46,382 bases of DNA. Origin: an uncultured Solirubrobacterales bacterium. GTDB taxonomy: Bacteria; Actinomycetota; Thermoleophilia; Solirubrobacterales; Solirubrobacteraceae. Below the pieces are notes generated by a model. That model was not told the origin of the DNA. It saw only the letters and a list, made by a program, of their open reading frames with translations, and searched no databases. Shown in pieces: positions 27,394 through 35,956 of this stretch (positions are counted from its first letter, which is position 1; every line of letters begins with the position of its first letter). A program made the position numbers and the translations under genes. The DNA lies in contig CALJKH010000099.1 of assembly GCA_937973575.1 (NCBI GenBank), forward strand, positions 1-46,382, written 5' to 3'.

Positions 27394-27743
27394 TGGAGGT
27401 CACCCGCATTGGGGACGCCAAGCCGTATGAGGCACCCAAGCATTTCGACATGGCTGGCCTGCGACTCCAAGGCTTTGACGCATCCGGTTCAGAGAACTTC
27501 TGGGTTGGCCTCTCGCACTTCCTGCCCGGCGGCGGAGCTGAACATGACGCGACGCCAATCGAGAAGGTCTATGTGGTCGTCGAGGGCGAAGTCACAGTCG
27601 TTACCGACGAGGGCGAGACCACTCTCGGCAAGTACGACTCGTGCCGCCTTGCCCCAGGTGAAGCACGCTCAATCATCAACAAGACCAATAGCCCAGCCTC
27701 AATGCTGGTCGCCATGCCGTACCCACCGGCACCAGCGTCATGA
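27393..27743 (+). CDS. Cupin-domain protein
   Basis: 116 aa with GGGAEHDATPIEKVYVVVEGEVTVV. The start overlaps the preceding stop by 1 nt (TAATG). Confidence 0.75.
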   Translation: MEVTRIGDAKPYEAPKHFDMAGLRLQGFDASGSENFWVGLSHFLPGGGAEHDATPIEKVYVVVEGEVTVVTDEGETTLGKYDSCRLAPGEARSIINKTNSPASMLVAMPYPPAPAS

Positions 27744-28519
27744 GCGGCCTCTTTGATCTCGACGGGCGCTCGGCTCTGATCACAGGTGCAACCGGTGCGC
27801 TTGGTTCAGTCGCCGCTCGCTCCCTCGCTGCCCGCGGCGCCTCCCTGACCCTGGCCGCAGGAAGTACCGATCAGCTTGAGGAACTGGGCGAAGATCTCCG
27901 TGCTGCAGGTGCCGAGGTTGAGCTCGTCGCCCGCCGTCCGGACACGGAGGCGGATACTGACGCAATGGTCGCGGCTGCAGTCGCAGCCCACGGCCGACTC
28001 GACATCCTGCTGACAGCCGCAGGTCTAAACAAAGTCGCGATGATCGGTGAGATGCCAGTTGAAGACTGGGAGACCGTGATGGACGCAAACGTTCGCGGTA
28101 GTTGGCTCGCGTGTCGCTCGGCGGGTAGGCAGATGATTGAACAGGGGCAGGGGGGACGCGTCGTTCTGATCTCCTCAACCCGAGGCAAGCTCGGTCACCC
28201 CGCTGGCTACGCCGCCTACTGCCCCTCCAAGTCAGCGATTGACGGACTCACGCGGTCGCTTGCATGCGAGTGGGGCGGCCACGGGATCACCGTTAACGCG
28301 ATCGGCCCGACCGTCTTCCGTTCGACTCTGACCTCTTGGATGTACGACGAGGAAGGTCCCGGCCGTGACGTGCGTGAGGCGATGCTTTCTCGAATCCCAC
28401 TTGGTCGTCTCGGCGAGCCGGACGACTTTGTTGGACCTCTTGTATTCCTCACCTCTGAGGCGTCCGGCTTTGTAACTGGGCAGATCCTCTATGTAGACGG
28501 CGGATATACCGCTGGGTGA
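27740..28519 (+). CDS. SDR-family oxidoreductase
   Basis: 259 aa with TGATGALGS (TGxxxGxG) and the YAAYCPSK (YxxxK) catalytic motif. ATGA overlap with the cupin gene. Confidence 0.92.
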   Translation: MSGLFDLDGRSALITGATGALGSVAARSLAARGASLTLAAGSTDQLEELGEDLRAAGAEVELVARRPDTEADTDAMVAAAVAAHGRLDILLTAAGLNKVAMIGEMPVEDWETVMDANVRGSWLACRSAGRQMIEQGQGGRVVLISSTRGKLGHPAGYAAYCPSKSAIDGLTRSLACEWGGHGITVNAIGPTVFRSTLTSWMYDEEGPGRDVREAMLSRIPLGRLGEPDDFVGPLVFLTSEASGFVTGQILYVDGGYTAG

Positions 28520-28523
28520 TCGG

Positions 28524-29465
28524 ATGACCTCGGGCGCGGACGGGGGCAGGGCAACAGTCATCGGTGCTGGCCTGATGGGGCACGGCATCGCGCAGGTCCT
28601 CGCTGTCGGCGGGTTGGAAGTCACAGTTCACGATCCGTTCCAGGAGGCCCTGAACAGCGTCCCGGCAAGAGTCACAGCCAACCTCGAGAAACTTGGCCTG
28701 CCAACAGATGCTGCCCAGCGCATCAGGCTCGATTCGGATTTGGAAGCAAGCGTCGCTGAGGCTGACTGGGTATTTGAGGCAGCGCCCGAACGCCTCGACT
28801 TGAAGCAGGAGATATTCGAACGCATTGACTCCGCGGCCCCAGCTGAGGCTGTTCTTGCCACCAACACCTCGGTGATGCTGGTCGGCGAGGTTGCTGCCAA
28901 GGTCCAACGACCGGAGCGAGTCGTTGGCACGCACTGGTGGAACCCTCCGTTCCTTGTTCCTCTCGTTGAGGTTGTCGAGGCGGATCACACCGACCCCTCG
29001 GTCGTGAACCGCACGATTGAGTTGCTCGAGGCGCTTGGAAAGGCACCGGTGCATGTCAAGCGCGACGTCGCGGGGTTTGTTGGCAACCGTCTTCAACACG
29101 CTCTCTGGCGCGAAGCCTTCAACCTGATCGACTCGGGCGTCTGCGACGCAGCAACGGTTGACACTGTTGTGACACAGGGGTTCGGGATCAGGCTGCCGGT
29201 CCTCGGGCCGGTCGCAAACGCCGACCTTGTCGGCCTCGACCTGACGCTCGCAATCCACGACTACGTCCTGCCAAAGCTTGGGCAGCCATCCGACCCGTCT
29301 GAGGGTCTTGCCGAGCGGGTCGAAAACGGCGACCTTGGCATGAGCACTGGCAAGGGATTCCTCGAGTGGGAGGAAGGCCAGGCCGACGCCGTTCGCGCCC
29401 AGCTCTTCGACTATCTCGTTAAGGCAACTTCAACTTCAAAAACGAATGGGGAACACGACGCATGA
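28524..29465 (+). CDS. 3-hydroxyacyl-CoA dehydrogenase-family NAD-dependent dehydrogenase
   Basis: 313 aa with Rossmann motif VIGAGLMGHGIAQVLA, plus HWWNPPFLVPLVEVV and GFVGNRLQHAL typical of the HADH family. Confidence 0.9.
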   Translation: MTSGADGGRATVIGAGLMGHGIAQVLAVGGLEVTVHDPFQEALNSVPARVTANLEKLGLPTDAAQRIRLDSDLEASVAEADWVFEAAPERLDLKQEIFERIDSAAPAEAVLATNTSVMLVGEVAAKVQRPERVVGTHWWNPPFLVPLVEVVEADHTDPSVVNRTIELLEALGKAPVHVKRDVAGFVGNRLQHALWREAFNLIDSGVCDAATVDTVVTQGFGIRLPVLGPVANADLVGLDLTLAIHDYVLPKLGQPSDPSEGLAERVENGDLGMSTGKGFLEWEEGQADAVRAQLFDYLVKATSTSKTNGEHDA

Positions 29466-30274
29466 GCGACTCAGTCGTACTGACCGCAGCTCTGACCGGG
29501 CCGATCGCAACAAAGGCAGACAACCCTCACCTGCCCACGTCCCCAGAGGAGATCGCAGCGGCAGCAGCAGAGTCACACGCTGCTGGGGCGTCAGTCATGC
29601 ATGTCCATGTCCGTGACGAGCAGGGTCTGCCAACTGCCGATCTTGAAGTGGCGCGGCGGGTCGTCGGGCTGATCGAAGACGCCTGCCCGGCGATGATTCA
29701 GCTGTCAACCGGCGTCGGCCTAAGCGTGCCGTTTGAAGAGCGCATGCAGATCGTTGAGGCCAAGCCTCGGATGGCGACCCTCAATGTCTGCTCAATGAGC
29801 TTCGGTGGTGGCGAGTTCCTCAACCCGCCTGAGGGAGTGCGCCGCCTTGCAGCCCGGATGCTCGAACTCGGGGTCAAGCCAGAGATCGAGATTTACGACA
29901 GCGGGCACCTTGACGCCGCACTAGCCCTGATGGCAGAGGGCCTGCTTGAGCCACCGCTTCAGTTCTCAATCGTGCTCGGCGTGGCTGGCGGCATGGCAGC
30001 AACCCCGCTCAACCTTGCTCAACTGGTGGATCGTCTGCCAGAAGGCAGCATCTGGCAGGTGATCGGCATCGGTCGTGGCAACCTGCCGATGACTGCCATC
30101 GGCCTCGCGATGGGCGGCAATGCTCGCACCGGCATGGAGGACACCCTGATGTTGCGTCGCGGTGTGCCAGCAACCAACAACGGTGAACTGGTCGAGCGCC
30201 TCGCAGGTATCGCGACTTCTCTGGAGCGAACCCCTGCGACAGTCGATGAGGCAAAGGTGCTGCTCGGCCTTTAG
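29462..30274 (+). CDS. Beta-keto acid cleavage enzyme (BKACE/DUF849, 3-keto-5-aminohexanoate cleavage enzyme family)
   Basis: 270 aa with VVLTAALTGPIATKADNPHLPTSPEEIA and the Zn-site-like MHVHVRD. 4-nt overlap with the preceding gene. Confidence 0.9.
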   Translation: MSDSVVLTAALTGPIATKADNPHLPTSPEEIAAAAAESHAAGASVMHVHVRDEQGLPTADLEVARRVVGLIEDACPAMIQLSTGVGLSVPFEERMQIVEAKPRMATLNVCSMSFGGGEFLNPPEGVRRLAARMLELGVKPEIEIYDSGHLDAALALMAEGLLEPPLQFSIVLGVAGGMAATPLNLAQLVDRLPEGSIWQVIGIGRGNLPMTAIGLAMGGNARTGMEDTLMLRRGVPATNNGELVERLAGIATSLERTPATVDEAKVLLGL

Positions 30275-30363
30275 CTGTGACTCGCGCTCTGGCGCTCTTG
30301 AAGAAATCAGCGTCCGAGGCAACGGCCTGCGTCGCATAGAATCAGCGCTCGAAAGCCTGAGAG

Positions 30364-32103
30364 ATGTCTGCCACCACCACCGAAAAAGAAGTCGCTCGGC
30401 CCGGCTCTCGTTTCGCGAGCTGGAACATCAGCCCGCTTGAGTGGGTCGTGCTAGCGGCCGCGTGGGCTTCCTCAATGCTCATTCTGGGTGCAATCGGCTG
30501 GCGGGTTGCCGTCGATGGACTCACATGGTCAGGGTCGATTGGTGGGCTCGCAGAGGACACCATGCAATACCTCACGTGGACCCGTGACGCGTCTCTGCAC
30601 ATCCTTGTGGGCAATGACTACACGCTCGCTGACGCGTCGCGCAATTACCTCCACCCGGGCTTTGTCGGGTCGGGACTCTTGCACCGCTTGGGACTCTCAA
30701 TCCCTCTGTCCTACGCGGTCTGGGTCCCAGTCGCAGCAGGCGCGGTTTGCTGGGGAGCATTTGGCTTCGTAAGCGAGAACATCGCCAAGTCGAAGGAACG
30801 GGTCGTGGCTCTGACATTGGCCCTGTTCTACGCGGTCCCTGCCTCGTTGATAGCTGGGCTGCTTCCCGCCAACGACGGTCTGATCTTCAAGCTGTTCATA
30901 GCTAGGGAGCCGCAGACCCTGACCCCACTGTGGGGATACCCATATTCCGCATTGGCGGTCGGGTTGACTGCGCTTTCGCTAGTCGCCTACATCCGCGGGC
31001 GCAAGTCGGGCAAGACCTTCTCGCCGGCGCTCATCGCAGGTGTGGTTTTCACCGGGTGGCTGCAACCTTGGCAGGGAGCAACGGTTATCGCGACTGTTGT
31101 GGCGTGCGAGCTGCTTCTTCGCACTCGCCGATTCTCAGGCCTTGCCCCTGGCGTTCCAAAGGCATGGCTCCTCGGGGCCTCTGCCTCGCTCGCCGGTGTG
31201 GTTCCACTCGTCTACTACGCACTCCTTGGCCGGTTCGACTCAACATTCATTGAGAGTGAGAGAAATCTGGCGATGCTCGCTCCGGCAGAGCACTGGTGGT
31301 TGATACTCATCGCTGTCGTCCCGCTCCTGCTTCCAGCGTTGCTTGTGGTGAGAATGCGAGTGCCAAGTGTTGCTGGGCTGACTGCCCGGATCTGGCCAGC
31401 AATGGCAATCGCTCAAGCACTTGTCCTCGGAGGGTTCAGCATCGCTAGCTCACCCAGCCACGCTCTGCGTGGGGTGGCCATTCCCCTTTCCGTGCTCGCT
31501 GTCACGGGTGTATCGCACCTTCTGCGCGGTGACCACCACTGGCCGCGGGTTGCTGTGGCAGTAGCTGGCATCGTCATGTTCGCTCTGGTCGGGACGGTGA
31601 GTACTGAGCGAGCCGAACTTAATGCTGTCTCGGGCTCAGGACTTGGTTCCAAGGTGGCCAACTATTTCGTAAGCCGCGACCAGCTGGCTGCCTACACTTG
31701 GCTTGCGAACTCACCGATCAAGGGCGGAGTGTTCGGTGACAGAACGGGAATGGGGGCGACGATCCCGTGGCGGACCGGACGCAATGTTTGGGCAGGTCAC
31801 CTGAGCTGGAGTCCAAAATCACCTGGCCGCTTCAACGCGACGGAAGTTGTCCTATCCGGAGCTCCGTGCTGCCGTACTGAATTACTCAAGATGCCAGCCG
31901 GTCGCTTCGTGCAGGCGACTGGCGCAAGGTTCCTGATGACCTCTTGCGCGACCAATGTGCTCCTGGTTCTTAAACAGCTTGACGGAGCCGTTGAATCTGT
32001 CCACAGATTCGGGTGCGTAGCCGTGATCCAGATACGTGCCACTGGGGCGACAACCGACAAGGCGGCAGTTGAAACGATCTACGGAGCGGGGAAGGTCGGC
32101 TAG
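30364..32103 (+). CDS. Polytopic membrane protein with C-terminal soluble domain (possible GT-C-fold glycosyltransferase, unverified)
   Basis: 579 aa, more than 10 hydrophobic helices, acidic first-loop motif GGLAEDTMQYLTW. No family recognised with certainty. Confidence 0.8.
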   Translation: MSATTTEKEVARPGSRFASWNISPLEWVVLAAAWASSMLILGAIGWRVAVDGLTWSGSIGGLAEDTMQYLTWTRDASLHILVGNDYTLADASRNYLHPGFVGSGLLHRLGLSIPLSYAVWVPVAAGAVCWGAFGFVSENIAKSKERVVALTLALFYAVPASLIAGLLPANDGLIFKLFIAREPQTLTPLWGYPYSALAVGLTALSLVAYIRGRKSGKTFSPALIAGVVFTGWLQPWQGATVIATVVACELLLRTRRFSGLAPGVPKAWLLGASASLAGVVPLVYYALLGRFDSTFIESERNLAMLAPAEHWWLILIAVVPLLLPALLVVRMRVPSVAGLTARIWPAMAIAQALVLGGFSIASSPSHALRGVAIPLSVLAVTGVSHLLRGDHHWPRVAVAVAGIVMFALVGTVSTERAELNAVSGSGLGSKVANYFVSRDQLAAYTWLANSPIKGGVFGDRTGMGATIPWRTGRNVWAGHLSWSPKSPGRFNATEVVLSGAPCCRTELLKMPAGRFVQATGARFLMTSCATNVLLVLKQLDGAVESVHRFGCVAVIQIRATGATTDKAAVETIYGAGKVG

Positions 32104-32164
32104 CTAGCCGCTCTAAGCAGGCATTGGCAGTCGGAGCCAATTAACCCGCGACTGGAAAAACCAG

Positions 32165-32237
32165 AGCCGACGAGCGGATTCGAACCGCTGACCCCTTCAT
32201 TACGAGTGAAGTGCTCTACCAACTGAGCTACGTCGGC
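32165..32237 (-). tRNA. tRNA-Thr (anticodon CGT), CCA not encoded
   Basis: The reverse complement folds as a perfect cloverleaf: GCCGACG TA GCTC AGTTGGTA GAGC A CTTCA CTCGTAA TGAAG GGGTC AGCGG TTCGAAT CCGCT CGTCGGC T. Confidence 0.97.
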
Positions 32238-32243
32238 AAACGC

Positions 32244-32267
32244 CGGCTACCTGGCGAGAGGTAGCCG
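32244..32267 (-). terminator. Hairpin between the deacetylase gene and the tRNA (attenuator/processing or terminator)
   Basis: 8-bp stem CGGCTACC / GGTAGCCG with an 8-nt loop. It ends 6 nt upstream of the tRNA 5' end and has no clear U-tract. Confidence 0.35.
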
Positions 32268-32321
32268 ACTTCTGGATCGTACCTTGCCGCGTGGCTCAGG
32301 CGCGCGCCTTGCAGCCCGGGG

Positions 32322-33188
32322 TCAGCTTGGTTTGCTGGAGTTGACCTTCTGAAGGAGCGATTGTGCTGTGTCGCTTCCGTTGACTCGCACACGCGGAAGC
32401 TCGTAAGGATTGCCGCTGGGCTTTGCCCAGCCGGGGATTTCAGTCGTGGCGCCTAGGTAGCCGGCGGCCTTGACCTCCTGCTCAACCGCAGAGCTGTACT
32501 TACCCGCTGGGTAACAGAAGAACCACGGGCGCACGCCGAACTTTTTGGCGATCGCCTCACGCGAGCCGACAAGCTCAGCTTGCATCGCGGAGGGCGAGAG
32601 GGTTGTCATGTCTGGGTGGTCGAGGGTGTGGGAGTCGATCTCCCAGCCGTTGTTGATCAGGCCCTTGATCGCGCGCACGGGTATGCCCTTGTCGCCAATG
32701 TTCTTGACCTCAAGGTTCAGGACTCCAGGCCAGCCAGCTGCCTTCAACGCAGGGGCGGCGTGAGTCCAGTGGCTTAGGTAACCGTCGTCGAATGACACGA
32801 CGATCGGCTTCTGCGGAAGTTCGCTCGTCCCGTGCCAAGCGCTCCACAGCTGGTTCAGGGTGATGCCTTGGTAGCCAGCTGCTTTCAAGGCTTGAATTTC
32901 AGCAGCGAAGGTCTCCTTCGCAACCCAAAGATCCGGGTAAGCGGCACCAGCCTTCGCAGCGCTAACGACGTGGTACATCAGGATCGGAACTGGGGTTGTC
33001 TTAGCCGTGGTGTTTGGCATCAGCGGCTTCGCCCATGTCGATGGCCCTAGTTGGGGGGCGGAGGCAGCCCTCTGTTTGCTCGAGGAGGAAGTTGATTTCC
33101 CGTTGCTGCCGCAAGCGGGCAGAGTGAGGGCGACGAGTAGAGCGGAAGCTGTGAGCGCGATTCGACGAGGGGTCATGTTTGTGATCAC
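32322..33188 (-). CDS. Polysaccharide deacetylase (NodB-homology) lipoprotein
   Basis: 288 aa with lipobox LTLPACGS and the NodB motif IVVSFDDGYLSHWTH...EIDSHTLDHPD. Confidence 0.88.
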   Translation of the reverse strand: MITNMTPRRIALTASALLVALTLPACGSNGKSTSSSSKQRAASAPQLGPSTWAKPLMPNTTAKTTPVPILMYHVVSAAKAGAAYPDLWVAKETFAAEIQALKAAGYQGITLNQLWSAWHGTSELPQKPIVVSFDDGYLSHWTHAAPALKAAGWPGVLNLEVKNIGDKGIPVRAIKGLINNGWEIDSHTLDHPDMTTLSPSAMQAELVGSREAIAKKFGVRPWFFCYPAGKYSSAVEQEVKAAGYLGATTEIPGWAKPSGNPYELPRVRVNGSDTAQSLLQKVNSSKPS

Positions 33189-33315
33189 CAGCCGAGTGTA
33201 TGTATGGCCGCCGCCGGGTCGAGATCGGCCCGTAGGTAAGTGTAAGCAAGGTCACACTTCATTCACTTACTAATGATTAGTATTGCCTCAACCAATCAAA
33301 CAGAAGGAGTAGTAC

Positions 33316-33855
33316 ATGTCAGACATCACAGGAACTTGGAATGCGGAATCGAGCCACTCGCGAGTTGGCTTCTCCGTAAAGCACCTCGGCATCTCAACGG
33401 TTCACGGCGAGTTTGGGGACTTTGAAGGCTCACTCACAGTCGGTGAAGATGGCCTCGCCGGAGCAAAGCTCGTCGGCACCGTCAAGGTTGCTTCCGTTGA
33501 CACCAAGGAAGAGGCTCGTGACGAGCACCTCCGCAGCGCGGACTTCTTTGACGCTGAGAACAACCCAAACATCACCTTCGAGTCAACCTCAATCGCACCT
33601 GACGGTGATGACGAGTTCAAGGTCAAGGGAAACCTGACGATCAACGGCGTTACCAATGAAGTTGAACTTGACGCCGAGCTTGAAGGCTTCGAGATCGACC
33701 CATGGGACAACCAGCGCGTTGGTCTTGAGATCAAGGGCGCAATCTCACGTGGTGACTTCGGCATGAAGTTCAACCAGGCTCTTGGCAGCGGCAACGTGCT
33801 CGTTGGCGACAAGGTCAAGCTCAACCTTGATATCTCGGCCGTCAAGCAGGCCTAA
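33316..33855 (+). CDS. YceI-family protein
   Basis: 179 aa with SHSRVGFSVKHLGISTVHGEFGDFEG and ...LTINGVTNEVELD, typical of YceI. AAGGAG Shine-Dalgarno. Confidence 0.9.
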   Translation: MSDITGTWNAESSHSRVGFSVKHLGISTVHGEFGDFEGSLTVGEDGLAGAKLVGTVKVASVDTKEEARDEHLRSADFFDAENNPNITFESTSIAPDGDDEFKVKGNLTINGVTNEVELDAELEGFEIDPWDNQRVGLEIKGAISRGDFGMKFNQALGSGNVLVGDKVKLNLDISAVKQA

Positions 33856-33868
33856 GTAGGCAGGTCAC

Positions 33869-33898
33869 CCTCGGCGAGGCCGAGGCGATTGACTTTTT
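33869..33898 (+). terminator. Weak terminator candidate after yceI-like gene
   Basis: CCTCGGC-GAG-GCCGAGG stem (33869-33885), with a T5 run at 33894-33898. Confidence 0.35.
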
Positions 33899-33962
33899 GG
33901 AGGTCCGGGAGCTAACGCCCGGGCCTCTTCTATTGCGCGGAACGCTGTGTAAGGATGCGGAT

Positions 33963-34886
33963 GTGGAAGCCGCCAACGCAAACCTCGCTGTTGACCTGAC
34001 AGGCCTGTCAAAGGTCTACGGCACGCGCAGAGTCGTTGACTCGCTCGACTTGAATATTCGCCGCGGCAGCATCTGCGGCCTTGTCGGCCCTAACGGTGCT
34101 GGCAAGACCACAGCTATCCGCATGGTGCTTGGCTTGATTGGCCGAGACGAGGGTGACGGCCTTGTCCTTGGACATCAGCTCGACGATCGCATTGGCTACC
34201 TGCCAAAGGTTGGCGCGCTGATTGAGGGGCCGGCCTTCACTCCGTCTCTCTCTGCTCGAAAGAACCTCCTTGTCCTCACGAGGCTCATTGGCCTAGAGGA
34301 CACCAGGGCCGACGAAGTGCTTCAGCAGGTTGGTCTAGGTGACCGGATGACCGACAAGGCGAAGACTTACTCGCTAGGCATGCGCCAGCGTCTCGGGATC
34401 GCAGCCGCACTCCTTACATCGCCAGAGCTACTGGTCCTAGATGAGCCAACCAATGGCCTTGACCCTGCTGGCATTCGTGAGATCCGCGATCTGCTCCGAG
34501 CCCTTGCCGATTCCGGTGTGGCCGTTCTTGTTTCTAGCCACCTGCTCGGCGAGCTCCAAGCAATCTGCGATGACATTGTTGTGATTGACAACGGCAAGGT
34601 TGGTTACTCAGGCAGCGTGCAAGGAATCATTGCCGGCCAAAGCTCCCAGGTAGTCGCTCGGCCAGCCGATCCAGGCCAGCTCCAAGCTCTCCAATCATTG
34701 GCCCAGAGGTTTGGTACTGCCACCGTTTACGACAACGGCACTGTTGGCTTTGATGGCGAGCAGGATCAAGCTGCGGAGCTCAACAAGGCAGCATTTGAGG
34801 CCGGGATTCTCCTCAGTGGGCTAGGGATTGTTCGGCCGACCCTTGAGCAGGCGTTCTTTGCGATGACAGAGGGTGACGACCAATGA
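33963..34886 (+). CDS. ABC transporter ATP-binding protein (ABC-2/exporter type)
   Basis: Walker A GPNGAGKTT, signature YSLGMRQRL, Walker B LLVLDEPTNGLD. The track start is TTG 33897; GTG 33963 has AAGGA 7 nt upstream. Confidence 0.92.
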   Translation: MEAANANLAVDLTGLSKVYGTRRVVDSLDLNIRRGSICGLVGPNGAGKTTAIRMVLGLIGRDEGDGLVLGHQLDDRIGYLPKVGALIEGPAFTPSLSARKNLLVLTRLIGLEDTRADEVLQQVGLGDRMTDKAKTYSLGMRQRLGIAAALLTSPELLVLDEPTNGLDPAGIREIRDLLRALADSGVAVLVSSHLLGELQAICDDIVVIDNGKVGYSGSVQGIIAGQSSQVVARPADPGQLQALQSLAQRFGTATVYDNGTVGFDGEQDQAAELNKAAFEAGILLSGLGIVRPTLEQAFFAMTEGDDQ

Positions 34887-35674
34887 TTGGAGTCATCCGA
34901 AGTGAGTGGGTCAAGCTTCGCCGTCCCGCCTACCTCTGGGTGCCGTTCGGACTGACTATCGCTTTCACTTTGCTCTTCACGATCGTCCCAATCCTCAGCG
35001 CTGTAAGGGTTCCTGATCCAAAGAGCCGGCGTGAGCCGATCCTCGTTTCGGACCTCACCGATTCTCACGGGGCGGTTCTGTCTGTCAATGCCGTCTACGG
35101 GCTGATCGCAATGATCGCGCTAGTCATCTTTGCCGCAGCAGTCGCCACCGAATACAGCAATGGGACCATCAGAAATCTGCTTATCCGAGAGCCGCGGCGG
35201 GTGCGGCTGATGCTGTTCCGGTGGCTTGGACTAATTAGTTGGGCGGCGCTGCTGGTGTTCGTCTTTGTTGTCGTGGGCGTTGTCTCAGGGCTGGTGACCA
35301 TGGGTACGCAGGGTTACTCAACGAGCGAGTGGTTTGGCAGCTCTGGGTTGCAACACATTGGTTCAACCTTCATCTACCTCTGGCTCGCGCTGTCCCTCTT
35401 CGCAACCTTTGGGTCGATCCTCGCGCTGCTACTGAAGTCGTCTGTCGCATCAATTGGAATTGGCATCGCATGGTTCCTGATCGTCGAGAACCTTCTCGGC
35501 GCGCTTGTCTCAGGGACCAATGATTGGCTCCCAGGAAACATCATCACCTCAGTTGCTCACGGTGGGGACGATGCCCACGGGTTCTGGGATGGGCTAGCTC
35601 TTATCGCTGGCTACATCGCTGTACTTGGCGGAGCATCGCTCGCTCTATTTAGCCGTAATGACGTCAGCTCTTAG
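34883..35674 (+). CDS. ABC-2-type transporter permease
   Basis: 263 aa, 6 hydrophobic segments, ATGA overlap with the ATPase gene. Confidence 0.8.
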   Translation: MIGVIRSEWVKLRRPAYLWVPFGLTIAFTLLFTIVPILSAVRVPDPKSRREPILVSDLTDSHGAVLSVNAVYGLIAMIALVIFAAAVATEYSNGTIRNLLIREPRRVRLMLFRWLGLISWAALLVFVFVVVGVVSGLVTMGTQGYSTSEWFGSSGLQHIGSTFIYLWLALSLFATFGSILALLLKSSVASIGIGIAWFLIVENLLGALVSGTNDWLPGNIITSVAHGGDDAHGFWDGLALIAGYIAVLGGASLALFSRNDVSS

Positions 35675-35880
35675 ATAGCGCGGGCCCAAGGCGATGAGGC
35701 CTCGGGAGATCTGCGCCAAGCGATCCGGCGCAACTCGGCAGCGACCCGTTCTGTCTCACGGTCAACGACACCGGCGAGTAGATCGTGGATCAGTTCATCA
35801 CGGTTGAGGTGCCGCTCAGCAGCCAGTCGATCCAAGCGAGCGCAGAGGTAAGTGGGCATTTCTACAAGGACTTTTGTCAC
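35671..35880 (-). CDS. Small ribbon-helix-helix (CopG/antitoxin-like) protein, orphan
   Basis: 69 aa, GTG start. KVLVEMPTYLCARLDRLAAERHLNRDELIHDLL fits the RHH strand-helix-helix pattern. No partner toxin ORF is present, and the 3' end overlaps the convergent permease stop by 4 nt. Confidence 0.4.
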   Translation of the reverse strand: MTKVLVEMPTYLCARLDRLAAERHLNRDELIHDLLAGVVDRETERVAAELRRIAWRRSPEASSPWARAI

Positions 35881-35956
35881 CGTTTCTTCACCACTTCGAT
35901 CATGCCCTGCGGCTGGGCTACCGCAACCGCACAGTTCCGCAGGTGTTGATGTGGGT

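Noticed and set aside
28449-29258. 269-aa minus-strand ORF
   Set aside because: It is antisense to the 3-hydroxyacyl-CoA-dehydrogenase-like gene, which has a clear Rossmann motif and operon context.
32104-32321. tRNA-Thr as an integration site for a mobile or genomic island
   Set aside because: There is no integrase or recombinase nearby, and I could not find a duplicated copy of the tRNA 3' end by eye. Only a genome-wide repeat search could settle this.
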